NCBI GenBank assembly: GCA_965214935.1
Contig: CBDCCS010000010.1
Location: 32,001 to 96,000, forward strand
Source: Candidatus Velthaea sp.
Lineage (GTDB): Bacteria > Vulcanimicrobiota > Vulcanimicrobiia > Vulcanimicrobiales > Vulcanimicrobiaceae
Direction: 5' to 3'
DNA: 64,000 bases
This document shows, one piece after another, positions 21,048 through 30,756 of this stretch. Numbering within the stretch: the stretch's first letter is position 1; each line of letters opens with the position of its first letter. Made by a program: the position numbers and the translations under genes. The notes beneath the pieces are model-generated. The model did not search any database, had not been told where the DNA came from, and was given only the letters and a program-made list of their open reading frames with translations.

Positions 21048-21200
21048 TAGGGTGCATCCGGAAAGGAAGTCAAAGCGGGATAGCCAGCGGGCGCAGTCAG
21101 ATCCTTCATTAGCACCACCTTTACATTATTCGTGTGCTTTTCACTGTGTCCCCGCTGCGCATCATTCCGCTGGCGAGCCAACCTGATTGCATATCCACGC
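21048..21200 (-). pseudogene. Orphan toxin C-terminal remnant (bacterial RNase A-like CdiA-CT type)
   Basis: Ends ...TNNVKVVLMKDLTAPAGYPALTSFPDAP* just before the CdiI start; the VVL...GY..LTxxP ending fits toxins paired with this immunity family. Confidence 0.5.
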
Positions 21201-21267
21201 AGATCAACAATGTTTACTGCATGCAGCAGAAAGAGGCATGCTCGACCGATTTAACCGAAGGTTTATA

Positions 21268-21519
21268 TCATAAGTTAAGGTTACGAAGTTGCTCAACGGG
21301 ATTCCAATTAGTCGGAGGCGCAGCATGCAAACTCCACCATTTCATTCCAGCATCGATCCATTTTTGACGAAGAATGCCGTGGCTAATAGTTGCGTCCTGA
21401 TATCCAAACTCAGTTCCACAACACGGGCAAGTGTCAAAGCTAGCGCATCCGGTTTCATCAAAGGGCGGCTCATCTAACTCGTTGTAACCGCAAACAGGAC
21501 AAACAAAGGTCCTAGTCAC
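21268..21519 (-). CDS. CPCC-type cysteine-rich predicted immunity protein
   Basis: CPVCGY...CPCCGTEFGY...RQKWIDAGMKWW...PPTNWNPVEQLRNL; GTG 21519 overlaps the upstream toxin remnant stop. Confidence 0.8.
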   Translation of the reverse strand: MTRTFVCPVCGYNELDEPPFDETGCASFDTCPCCGTEFGYQDATISHGILRQKWIDAGMKWWSLHAAPPTNWNPVEQLRNLNL

Positions 21520-21740
21520 GGATTGAGCATTAAGCACGGCATTTTCGTTGCGTAGCCATGCGTCGTCCGCTCAGGCTTGTAATGGGTGCGTGTTACGCCC
21601 TGCTTTGATACAACGCCGAATTCTTTGCTATTCGGACGCGGAAACCGATAGCATCGCTCAGCATCAGAAAAAAGCGTTGGTTGCAATAATGCTTGCCGCC
21701 ATACAACGCCGGTGCCTCGTTGACGAGATGCCGTATCGCC
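21516..21740 (-). pseudogene. Orphan toxin C-terminal remnant (probable RNase)
   Basis: NSKEFGVVSKQGVTRTHYKPERTTHGY resembles the EFGV...G.IRTYFKP...HGY toxin tip; frames are broken upstream and at the end. Confidence 0.55.
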
Positions 21741-22130
21741 GCGAGACATCTGTTCGTAAAACTCGAGCGCGTGCGCAATCGGCGGCCACCTCGAGTTCTT
21801 GTTCGCAGCTAAGCGGACGCGCGCGTTGACGCGCACCGGCTTCACGGGCGAATCGGTGAGCGTATTTAGGAAAAGTCGGCGCCAGCGCGCTCGCATCGCC
21901 GTTCTTGCGCGACCGGTAGAGCCTTGCCGAATGTCCTACCGGGCTGGAAGTTCGAATCGAGCAATGACCTTCGTCCCTTCGGCTCTGATGTCGTCACGTT
22001 ACAGATTGAGCGCACGGACAGCAACACAGAAATTTGCATAAGCCGGTTGATCAGTCGCTCGCGTCGTTATCTGAGAATCGTGTGTTAAAGATGCTAGGAT
22101 TTCGCGCGTTTGCGGTGACTCTTCAAAGTA

Positions 22131-22487
22131 TCAACTTGTTACGGGTCGGTGGTTTAAGGCGCTGATCCAAGTCTTCAGAGCTTCTTGCATTTCCTCGAGG
22201 GGGATCTTCGCAGTATCGACTTCGCCCTCGTCGGCCCAGTGAAAATCTAAGACAACTTCATTATCCTTCGCGGTAATGACGTAGGCATTTCCTGACTCCG
22301 TAAACACTGCTTCGCGCGAAGTTTTAACTGCATCTAAATGACCTAACACTTCAGTCGCCCGGCTGACGCTGCCCTGAATATCGTCAACTAAATATCCGGC
22401 GATAAACCTTCCTGCAACATGGCTACCAGCTACGCCACGTGCATCCAATCCGAGCCCAGTTTCTGTGGGAAAAATCTCAACTAACAT
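22131..22487 (-). CDS. Cognate immunity protein of the EndoU toxin
   Basis: Small acidic 118-aa ORF starting 7 bp after the toxin stop, with TAAGGA RBS; AT-richer than the background. Confidence 0.75.
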   Translation of the reverse strand: MLVEIFPTETGLGLDARGVAGSHVAGRFIAGYLVDDIQGSVSRATEVLGHLDAVKTSREAVFTESGNAYVITAKDNEVVLDFHWADEGEVDTAKIPLEEMQEALKTWISALNHRPVTS

Positions 22488-22494
22488 GTCTTCC

Positions 22495-23898
22495 TTATTT
22501 ATTGATGACTGGATAAGCCGTGCGAATGTGAAGACTTGCACCAGTTCCGCTGGTGTAACCTTTTACATCAAAACCATAACCCGATGGTCCAACGAACTTG
22601 TTACCGGACGTCTCGGTTGCGTGCTCATAGGCATGCTGGATCGACTTAACAACATCATCGCGGCTCATTGAATCAGGAAACATCGTTGAGTTCTTTGCGT
22701 ACGCTGTATTCGTTCCGGGTTGTGAAATTTTCACCGTAGCTTCGTACACACCCTGTGCGTTGGGCGAGCTGACTTTGCCCGCAACAACTCGAGCATTAGC
22801 GTGAACGTTGTCAGTTGGTGCGTGATGGAAACCTTTTGCGACATCAACGCCGCCCTTTTTTCCTACTTCACCTAAAAAAACGTGCTGGAGGTCGACGGGC
22901 GGTTGACCCTCGGAAAATTTCTCTCCACGGAGCAAAGCTTTTGACGTTGCATCTGTTTTCGACACATTTTGAGCGGCGGTATTCATCGCGGACACAGTCG
23001 GGTGAGCCGCCGCCTTACTCGAGGCAGCATCCGCCGCGTCCGTCGCTTCACTGGCGTGGCCTGCAGCGTCGCCGGTTTTTCCGAGGTCGCCGGCGGCTTC
23101 GGCCATGCGGCCGACATCACCGACCGCAGCAGCGCCCTCCGCTTCAGCGCCACCAACCGGCAGCGTCGCGGCAAGCACAGCACCATGGCCAACGATCTTA
23201 CCGATGAACTCGGCACTGTGACCGTCCGCTTCAGCATGGTGGTACGCGGTCGAGACGTTATTGACAGCATCACCCGCCGCATGACCGACTTGGCTTGCCG
23301 CCTTGGCCGGATCGGTCATCGCGGTCTTTGCAAATTGGCCGGCCGCCGTTGCACCCTTAGATATTGTGTCGGCAGCGTGTGAACGAGCATCGGCGCTCGT
23401 CGCTAGGTGGTAACCGCCCTTAGCGAGATCGCCGACGCCCTGGACCATCCCCGAGGCGCCGTCCCAAGCGCCCTTGCCCAAACCTCTCGTGAAATCGCCC
23501 GCTGAGTTAAGCCAGCTGCCTTGTTTGCTGGAATCGCTTTGTTCCATCGGCGTGACTCCGCCCGACGTTGCGTGCGTCGTTGCGCCTGGATGGGCCGAAG
23601 CGGCATTTGGCCCGAACTTCGCTGCCGCGTCGTGCAAATTAGGACGCGCCTGCGGCGAGCGGGGCGCGATCGTATCGCCTTTTGGTGCAACGGCGGTGGA
23701 GGTTGCGGCGTGGGCATCCTCGCGAGCGACGAGCGCGGCTCGGGTACGCCCAACACCCGTTGTCGACGAGGCCGCAGAATGCGTTGGCGTCGATGACGAA
23801 TTCGTCAGTTGGTCAACGGCCGACGTGGCTGTGCCTGATCGTTGTGCCGGCGACGGTTGCGGTGCTGTCGGCGGGGGAAACGAAAGGGAATCGAGCAT
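22495..23898 (-). CDS. Polymorphic toxin with C-terminal bacterial EndoU RNase domain
   Basis: HVFLGE...KGFHH...NAQGVYEA...KNSTMFPDS...IRTAYP. N-terminus is Pro/Ser/Thr/Ala low-complexity followed by a Gly/Ala-rich pre-toxin region. Confidence 0.88.
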   Translation of the reverse strand: MLDSLSFPPPTAPQPSPAQRSGTATSAVDQLTNSSSTPTHSAASSTTGVGRTRAALVAREDAHAATSTAVAPKGDTIAPRSPQARPNLHDAAAKFGPNAASAHPGATTHATSGGVTPMEQSDSSKQGSWLNSAGDFTRGLGKGAWDGASGMVQGVGDLAKGGYHLATSADARSHAADTISKGATAAGQFAKTAMTDPAKAASQVGHAAGDAVNNVSTAYHHAEADGHSAEFIGKIVGHGAVLAATLPVGGAEAEGAAAVGDVGRMAEAAGDLGKTGDAAGHASEATDAADAASSKAAAHPTVSAMNTAAQNVSKTDATSKALLRGEKFSEGQPPVDLQHVFLGEVGKKGGVDVAKGFHHAPTDNVHANARVVAGKVSSPNAQGVYEATVKISQPGTNTAYAKNSTMFPDSMSRDDVVKSIQHAYEHATETSGNKFVGPSGYGFDVKGYTSGTGASLHIRTAYPVINK

Positions 23899-24475
23899 CG
23901 CTCAGCTCCTTCAAAGACCAACGGGTGCGTAACCAATGAGGCAACGACCGGAGGTGCGGCTATTTTTCTATCACGTGATTAACAAGATTTTTCTAGGGGG
24001 CAATGAGAAAATTTCCAACGGTGATAGCCGAGTCTCACCCTCGTCGTAGCTGTGCCGCCGCCGAGTAAGGCGATAACCGTGCATAACGCGAGCAAAGCGA
24101 ACAGCGACTCAAACTTGGAGAAGGACACGAATCGCTTAGCGGCAGGCGGTGTGACGTCGTGCAGCTCGTCGAACATCGGCGGGTAGCTGAAACGCTTTAA
24201 CAGGCGCTAACAGAGTATCCGGTCACGTTGCTCGTGGCGCCGCTTCAGTGGGAGAGTCATCTTCGTGCACTCGTGCGCGTGATCCGGGCGCGCTCCGAAT
24301 ATCGAATCGAGCCTCTTTCGACAGTTCGCTTGAGACCGTCCCGACCAAAAAGTCTTGCCGTCTCCATCAGTGTTCTATCCGTCCGCTGACAAATATCGAA
24401 AGTAAAGTACGCGAAAATAACGGTGGCAATACCCTCAAATTCGCAGCGCAAATTTTCGCGGTTAGCGGCTTATGC

Positions 24476-25348
24476 CTACAACGTCGTACGACTCGAACGT
24501 CGTGATGCCAGCCAATCGAGCGCGAACGTAGCAGCGTCGGTGTAGATCGGGACAAGCGCTTCGCCAAGCGTGACGGCTTCGCGCCAGAACGGAAACTTTC
24601 CAGCCCGTTTGAGCACGGCGGGCTCGTCGGTCGCGCTTACCTCGATGCGTCGGATCGCATGCGCCGGCGTCGCGATGTTGTCGCCCCAAAACGCTGCGGG
24701 CGAAATCTGCGCCGGTCGCACCTTCGTCGCGCACGGGATCGTTGCGATCGGCTCCGGTTTTGGAGCAAAAAGATCGCTCACAGCGTCACGCGCGAGTCCC
24801 CGCACGACGAATAGCAGGAACGGATCCCGGTCGAACTCCTCGCCGACGAGATAGAAGACGGCCGCGACATGCTTACACGGATTCGACCAGTCCGGACACG
24901 AGCAGCTGGTCTTCATTTCGGTGAGGCTCAACGGAAACAGCGACGTACCGGCAGCCGAAAACGCGCGCTCGATATGCTCTGGCATTTCGCCGGCAAGAAG
25001 GGCCGTGCACAGGCGAACATCGTTCGCGATGGCGGCAGCGACGGACCGCCATTCCTTTGTATCGAGCGGTCGTAAACGGATCGTCACGTCGTACGGCTTT
25101 GCGCGCGACCCTTGCACCTGGGCCCGCACCCCGCCGAGTTCAAGCGCGATCTGCGTCACCTGTCCGCCGCGCGCATACGATCGGCCGCGTGCAAGTCGCG
25201 TGCCCAGCTCGAACGCTTCGAGGACCGCGATCCAGCGCTTCGCCCACCAGCCCGAAGCAAAGGCTCCTCGCTTTGTCTGCGCCATGATGCCGTCGGCCGG
25301 TCGTCGCGGTGTCGTGCGCGGCGGCCAATCGCCCCATTTCCGGCTCAC
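24476..25348 (-). CDS. SWIM zinc-finger protein
   Basis: RLARGRSYARGG, VQGSRAKPY, CSCPDWSNPCKHVAA, DRDPFLLF. Confidence 0.92.
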   Translation of the reverse strand: MSRKWGDWPPRTTPRRPADGIMAQTKRGAFASGWWAKRWIAVLEAFELGTRLARGRSYARGGQVTQIALELGGVRAQVQGSRAKPYDVTIRLRPLDTKEWRSVAAAIANDVRLCTALLAGEMPEHIERAFSAAGTSLFPLSLTEMKTSCSCPDWSNPCKHVAAVFYLVGEEFDRDPFLLFVVRGLARDAVSDLFAPKPEPIATIPCATKVRPAQISPAAFWGDNIATPAHAIRRIEVSATDEPAVLKRAGKFPFWREAVTLGEALVPIYTDAATFALDWLASRRSSRTTL

Positions 25349-25358
25349 GCGACGATCG

Positions 25359-28300
25359 TCATTCGGCGACGGCTTGCGGCGAAAGTGCCACGAGATCGCG
25401 CAGTTGCGTGCTGGACAGTTCGGTCAGCCAGCCTTCGCCGGTTCCGACAACGTTTTCGGAAACGGCCGCTTTGCGCTCGATGAGCAGAGCGATCTTCTCT
25501 TCGAGCGTTCCGCCGCACACGAATTTATGCACCTGTATCGCCTTGGTCTGACCGATTCGGAACGCCCGGTCAGTGGCTTGATTTTCGACCGCGGGATTCC
25601 ACCAGCGATCGAAGTGAAAGACGTGATTCGCGCGGGTCAGGTTGAGCCCGCTTCCGCCGGCTTTGAGCGAAAGCACGAACACATCGGCGCCGTTGCGTGC
25701 TTGAAATTGCTCGACCATCGTATCCCGTGCGCCTTTGGCGACGCCGCCGTGCAAGAACGCGACGTCGCGGCCGAAACGGGCTTCGAGGCGGCGCCGGATC
25801 AACTGACCCATCTCGGCGAACTGCGTGAAGATCAGCGCTGCTTCATCCGCCTCGAAAACTTCCTCGAGCATCTCTTCGAGGCGCGCAAGCTTTCCGGAGC
25901 GTCCGGCTAGCGGTGAATTGTCGGCTGCGAATTGCGCGGGATGGTTGCAGATCTGTTTTAACTTTGAAAGTGCAGCAAGGATCTTGCCGCGACGTTCGAG
26001 ACTTTCGTCTTGGGCGAGAGTCGCATCGAAATCGCGCAGTACCGCGGCGTATAACGTTGCCTGTTCGCGCGTTAGCACACAGGTGACGGTATATTCTTGT
26101 TTTGCCGGCAGATCGGCGATGATCGTCGCGTCGGATTTGTGCCGTCGCAAAATAAACGGGCCGGTCATTGCGCGCAGCCGTTCGGCGGCGGCGGAGTTCC
26201 CTTGCAATTGAATAGGAACGAAGAAATCACGCCGGAATGCCGCGTGCGAACCGAGTAGTCCGGGATTGAGAAACTCCATGAGCGACCACAGATCGCCGAC
26301 ATGGTTTTCCACCGGCGTCCCGGTAAGCGCGATCTTGTATTCGGCCGAGATCGCACGTGCCGCTCGCGCCTGCTGACTCTCCGCATTTTTAATATTTTGC
26401 GCTTCATCCAACACCATTCCGCGCCACGCAACGCGTTCGAAGAGTTCGCGGTCACGGTGCAAGAGCGCGTAACCGGTGACGACGACGGCTTGACGTTGAG
26501 CCAATTTTGCGAACGCGGCGCCGCGGATGCGCTCAGCGCCGTGATGCACGTGAAGCGGGAGTGTCGGCGTGAAGCGCGCAGCCTCGCGCTGCCAATTGCC
26601 GATAACCGAGGTTGGGCAGACGAGCAGCACCGGGCCATCCGGCGCGTTCTCCCAATCATGCGCGATCAGCGCGAGCGTTTGAACGGTCTTGCCAAGCCCC
26701 ATGTCGTCGGCGAGACAGGCTCCGAAACCCAGGCGCGTGATGAAGTGAAGCCAGGCATAGCCGCGGCTTTGGTACGGACGCAAAACCGCGTCGAGCGTGG
26801 CGGGCGGTGCTAGCGCCTCTAAGCGCGTTTCGCCGCGCAGTGCGGCGAGTTGCGCAGCGAAGTTCGCGTCGGCGATCAACGTGGTTCCGCTCGGGATATC
26901 GTCAACGCTTGCGCCGACGGCGATACGCACCGCATCGCGGACCGTGAGGGTTCGCTTTCCCGGACGCTGCATGCGTGCAAGCGCCGCTTGCAGCTCGGCG
27001 GGATCGACATGCACCCAGCGGCCGCGCAGCGCAACGAGCGGTGTCTTGAGACGCGCGAGACGTTCGAGTTCGCGCGCCGTCAGGGTTTGGTCGCCAATGG
27101 CAATCGACCAATCGACCTCGAGCAGCGCGCCGGCATGCAGCGCATTCGATCCGGCGAATTTCGGGCGCTTGACGGCTGCGCGTAAGCCGACGCGGGCTTT
27201 CGCATCCATCCCGAGCCACCATGACGGCAGGATGACGCCGATGTCGGCGGCGGCGCACGTTGTCGCATCGGTCTGCAAAAATTTGAACGCGGCGGGGGTG
27301 TCAAGGGTAAAGCCAATCGGAACGCCGTCCGCGCGTGCCAGCGACGCGTCGATCTGAGCGGAGAACGGCGCGGCACGTCCGAGCGCAGTCAGATAGTCAC
27401 GCCGGGTGCCCGAGCGCAGCGCTGCCGTGCCGTCAACGAGCAGTGTTGGATCGGTCCGGCTTTGCAGCAAGTAGGCGACGTTCCAGACCGCATCGCGCGA
27501 GCTCGCGGCGTCCGGCAGCGGTTCCTCGACGCGTAAGCACAAGCGGTAGGCCGCGGCGCGTTCCTCGACGACGGGTCGCTGCCAGGCATCGATTGCTGCC
27601 GCGAGTTCGGCATATTCGGCTGGCGTGGCGCGAAACGCCGGTTCCGGCCCACCGAGCGCGGCGATCCAACGCCCGTGGATAGAGCCGTTTTCATGCGCAG
27701 TGGAAAGGCGGTTTGACGCAGGCGCTACATGCATTATCGCATCGACGAAGAAGGCGAGCGCGGCGTCGAGCGTTGCCCGCGCGTCGTACGCCGGCACGAC
27801 GTTGCTCGCACTTGCGTGAAGCGCTCCGACGACCGGTGGTAGCGTCGCGACGAGGGCCTCGTACGACGCGCGCTCGGCCGCACCAAGGATGGGCTGCCAG
27901 CGAGCCTGTGGTGTCGGTCTGCCGGCGTCGTTGACGATGGCGGGGAGGACGTTGCTCGCCGCAACAAGCTCGAAAGCGAACTGCAGCACGCGAGCGAGCG
28001 CGCTGACGGGTCGGCTGAGATGGATGTCGTCGCCGAACGTTTCCCGGCTCAGCGATGCGCCGAAGATTCCGATGGCTTGCGCGCCGCTAAGTTGTGCGAT
28101 GGCGATCGTGTGCGGTTGGTAGACGATCCGGGCCGATCGCGGTGCTGCAGGCTCGTTCGCAGCAGCGGGCCCGACAATGTTTCCCTTACGTGTCGGCAAC
28201 GACGCACTCGCGAGTCTCATTGCGAGCGGTGTTTGCAGTGCGTCAACCGGCAGCGTTTGCAAGAGCGCTCGAAGCTCGTCGGCGTTGAGACCATACGTGC

Positions 28301-28433
28301 CCGCCGTGCTCGCTGCGTTCGGTATGCGTGGCGCTGCCCAGACCGCTACGGTGCCTTCAACAACGGCGGCATGAAGCGTGATTTGCAAGTTACTAGGGTT
28401 CTGCGGTCGTCGTACTTGCTCTTGGTCGAGCAC
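25359..28433 (-). CDS. SNF2-family helicase/ATPase
   Basis: LRPYQ, LADDMGLGKT, DEAQNIKN, TGTPVEN, SGK, DRWWNPAVENQATDRAFRIGQ. Confidence 0.96.
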   Translation of the reverse strand: MLDQEQVRRPQNPSNLQITLHAAVVEGTVAVWAAPRIPNAASTAGTYGLNADELRALLQTLPVDALQTPLAMRLASASLPTRKGNIVGPAAANEPAAPRSARIVYQPHTIAIAQLSGAQAIGIFGASLSRETFGDDIHLSRPVSALARVLQFAFELVAASNVLPAIVNDAGRPTPQARWQPILGAAERASYEALVATLPPVVGALHASASNVVPAYDARATLDAALAFFVDAIMHVAPASNRLSTAHENGSIHGRWIAALGGPEPAFRATPAEYAELAAAIDAWQRPVVEERAAAYRLCLRVEEPLPDAASSRDAVWNVAYLLQSRTDPTLLVDGTAALRSGTRRDYLTALGRAAPFSAQIDASLARADGVPIGFTLDTPAAFKFLQTDATTCAAADIGVILPSWWLGMDAKARVGLRAAVKRPKFAGSNALHAGALLEVDWSIAIGDQTLTARELERLARLKTPLVALRGRWVHVDPAELQAALARMQRPGKRTLTVRDAVRIAVGASVDDIPSGTTLIADANFAAQLAALRGETRLEALAPPATLDAVLRPYQSRGYAWLHFITRLGFGACLADDMGLGKTVQTLALIAHDWENAPDGPVLLVCPTSVIGNWQREAARFTPTLPLHVHHGAERIRGAAFAKLAQRQAVVVTGYALLHRDRELFERVAWRGMVLDEAQNIKNAESQQARAARAISAEYKIALTGTPVENHVGDLWSLMEFLNPGLLGSHAAFRRDFFVPIQLQGNSAAAERLRAMTGPFILRRHKSDATIIADLPAKQEYTVTCVLTREQATLYAAVLRDFDATLAQDESLERRGKILAALSKLKQICNHPAQFAADNSPLAGRSGKLARLEEMLEEVFEADEAALIFTQFAEMGQLIRRRLEARFGRDVAFLHGGVAKGARDTMVEQFQARNGADVFVLSLKAGGSGLNLTRANHVFHFDRWWNPAVENQATDRAFRIGQTKAIQVHKFVCGGTLEEKIALLIERKAAVSENVVGTGEGWLTELSSTQLRDLVALSPQAVAE

Positions 28434-28489
28434 GTCGTTATGTCGCCGGTGTAATTGACGGTCGCCTCACTCGGACGAAAGCCCAATCA

Positions 28490-28860
28490 TCTGCGACTAA
28501 GTATTTGTAGCTCCGCCGCGACCGCTGAATTTCTAGGGCCTTGTCCCAGCAAGCAAATGTCACTGGCTCTTCCGCGCGTGCTTGCAGCATCAAAGCCGAC
28601 GCTAAGTGGATCGCATCATATGCGCGCAGGCGAAAGTGTTCCGCAATATTTCCCGCCTCTTGCACAAGCTGACCGTTGATTACGATCAGAAAAGTCGCTT
28701 CCAATCGGCATTAATGTCTCGCAGAAGTCGTCGATAAGCGGTCGGCTCGAGTGAGCCTTCACGATACCGCTGAGCTAATGCTGAGCGCATTTCAACATAG
28801 GCGATCTCGCACGTCCCGACTAGTTCCGCCTTCGTAATTGCGTCGCGCCCGTCGGAAGCC
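28490..28860 (-). pseudogene. VapC/PIN toxin remnant, frameshifted and lacking the N-terminus
   Basis: ...IAYVEMRSALAQRYREG...DW / frameshift / ...AEHFRLRAYDAIHLASAL...FACWDKAL. Confidence 0.8.
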
Positions 28861-28887
28861 GCTACCTTTTCAAGAACACGTAGCGTT

Positions 28888-28909
28888 GCACACGAATGTG
28901 TGCTATCGT
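28888..28909 (+). promoter_or_regulatory. Inverted repeat GCACAC-N4-GTGTGC overlapping an extended -10 (TGCTATCGT); probable operator and leaderless promoter of the TA operon
   Basis: Repeat at 28888-28903; the -10 ends 7 nt before ATG 28917; no RBS. Confidence 0.5.
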
Positions 28910-28916
28910 AGAGTAC

Positions 28917-29198
28917 ATGGCTGATACGCTGACAATTCGTCTAGACCGGGAACAGCGTCGCCTCTTTGACGCGGAAGCAGCAGCCAGAGGTGTTGGCCCA
29001 TCAACGCTAGCTCGCGACCTTCTTGACGAGCGCTTGCGTGAGCTGCGTCGTAAACGCATTCTTCAGCAAAGCACGGAGGCAGCCGAGCGTTACCGTACTG
29101 CACAGAAGGAGGACGTTGAGCGAGTCGACGGTCTCGATCCCTACATTTGGGGAGCTATGGCGCCGTATGAAGGCACCGTCGGCGGCAGCCGGCCTTGA
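28917..29198 (+). CDS. Ribbon-helix-helix-type antitoxin
   Basis: TLTIRLD...AAARGVGPSTLARDLL; stop overlaps the toxin start. Confidence 0.8.
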   Translation: MADTLTIRLDREQRRLFDAEAAARGVGPSTLARDLLDERLRELRRKRILQQSTEAAERYRTAQKEDVERVDGLDPYIWGAMAPYEGTVGGSRP

Positions 29199-29542
29199 TC
29201 GCCGGCCAAATTCTTTGGCTCGATTTTCGTAAAGACGCTGCCCCGAAAGAGCCCAATAAGCTACGCCCTGGCATCGTTGTTGAAGACCCAGGTTTGTTTG
29301 CTGCGGCGTTTCCAAATATCGTTGTTGTACCGTGTACGACAGCGTTGTCGTTTGAAGTTATCGATTTGTGCGTGCAAATACCGCCTGACACGCATAATGG
29401 ATTCGATCGCATGAATTGGGCGATCGCGCATAACGTTACGACTGCTTCTAAGGCGCGCATCGTGAAGAAAACCGATTACCACGTTTCAGCGCAACACCTT
29501 GCTGCAATTCGGGCGCGCATCATCGAAACGCTGGGTTTATAA
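29195..29542 (+). CDS. mazF: MazF/PemK family endoribonuclease toxin
   Basis: GQILWLDF...EPNKLRPGIVV...VVVPCTT...NG pattern. Confidence 0.88.
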   Translation: MIAGQILWLDFRKDAAPKEPNKLRPGIVVEDPGLFAAAFPNIVVVPCTTALSFEVIDLCVQIPPDTHNGFDRMNWAIAHNVTTASKARIVKKTDYHVSAQHLAAIRARIIETLGL

Positions 29543-29743
29543 GTCTGCTCGATCATCTTGCCACGCCGACGATTCCGTCTGGATCGCAACATCCCCGGCA
29601 GAAGCGCCAGGGTGACTTTGCATGTTTAAGGCCTCACTCAACTTCGTCGTCATCGTGAAGCGGCGGTGACGCTAAGTCGAAAGTCCAGCTGAGGTTCTAC
29701 TACTTAGACCCGAAAGCCAAGCCGTCGAAGTTCCTCTGCTTTT

Positions 29744-29956
29744 TTAAATGCGCCGAATTTGATCCGCCGCCAATGTTAGTTGAGCGACTACCGTTCCGTC
29801 ATCCGCCACGAACTCGACTTCGTAGCCTTCGCAAGGTTTGCTATAAACATCGATGATCGCTCCATGCATTTCCCGTGCTATTGTAACACCGTCTTGAACG
29901 ACGTCCTCACGTAACTCGACGATTTGATTTTCCCGGTATGTAAACTTATCACGCAC
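29744..29956 (-). CDS. DUF4926 family protein
   Basis: VELREDV...GAIIDVY...YEVEFVADDG..A.LTL...QI. Confidence 0.8.
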   Translation of the reverse strand: MRDKFTYRENQIVELREDVVQDGVTIAREMHGAIIDVYSKPCEGYEVEFVADDGTVVAQLTLAADQIRRI

Positions 29957-30173
29957 TGCGCAGCACCGGATGGTCACTTTGACGTGCAGCATACTCGAGC
30001 GCCGCCGTAATATCGCCGGGTTCCAGGATGGTGAAATCCTCCAGAATTTCAGCTCGACTTGCGCCGGCGGCGAGTAAGTCCAAGATGTCCTTCACGCGAA
30101 TGCGCAGGTTACGCAAACTCGGGCGACCGCCGTTTTGATGTGGGTCAACGGTTATTCGATGTATCTCACTCAA
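29949..30173 (-). CDS. DUF433 family protein (antitoxin-like HTH)
   Basis: RITVDP...GGRP..R..RI.V.DILDLLAAG....EILEDF..L...DI.AALEYAA; TTG start behind AGGGG. Confidence 0.9.
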   Translation of the reverse strand: MSEIHRITVDPHQNGGRPSLRNLRIRVKDILDLLAAGASRAEILEDFTILEPGDITAALEYAARQSDHPVLRSA

Positions 30174-30495
30174 ATCAAACCCCCTATGGCTACGACCGTA
30201 CCTCCAATTGAGATTCCCGACATGCGATTGCTTTCCGCCTCGTGGCAGTCGCCGGCGACGGCCCCGAATGCCTCCGCATGCGCCCCGAAAAATCTCGTCA
30301 AACGCGCTTCGCGTCGGGCAGCAATCATCCGGTGCAACCAAATCTTTTTCCAACATCCGGACGTTAGGTCTTCCCAATCTTTTACGCGCAAACCGTCCAC
30401 GCGTGTAAATTCGCGCGTTTCAGAGTGACAAGAATAAGTTGTCGCGCCTTCGCCTGGTCGCCCGCCCCGATCGTGCAGCGCTGATGCACGTGCGC

Positions 30496-30756
30496 TCAAG
30501 CCGCTGAGACGTCGCGTACGGCGGCAGCAAGATCGCGCGGGAATGGCAGGCCGCGCTCTTCTGCAAAAACGCGCGCGCGGGCAACGTCTGCGGCAACAGA
30601 AACGTCGACAATTTCAATCCCGATGACCGTACCACGATCGTCGAGATCGACGATCACATCGGAACTCTCGTCGCCTCCGACATACATGTTTTCGATCGAT
30701 GTGCTCGTGCTGTAGCGCACATACGCCGCGCCGGTAGAAGAGAGTTCGATATTCAT
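30496..30756 (-). CDS. DUF2283 family protein (predicted antitoxin)
   Basis: AAYVRY...VIVDLDDRGTVIGIEI; overlaps the upstream gene stop. Confidence 0.82.
   Translation of the reverse strand: MNIELSSTGAAYVRYSTSTSIENMYVGGDESSDVIVDLDDRGTVIGIEIVDVSVAADVARARVFAEERGLPFPRDLAAAVRDVSAA

Noticed and set aside
24921..25910. 329-aa plus-strand ORF, and similar long antisense ORFs such as 55088-55915
   Set aside because: Opposite well-supported genes in GC-rich DNA, with no motifs.
30170..30499. 109-aa ORF between DUF2283 and DUF433 as a further TA gene
   Set aside because: No recognisable motif; may be a decayed gene but cannot be supported.
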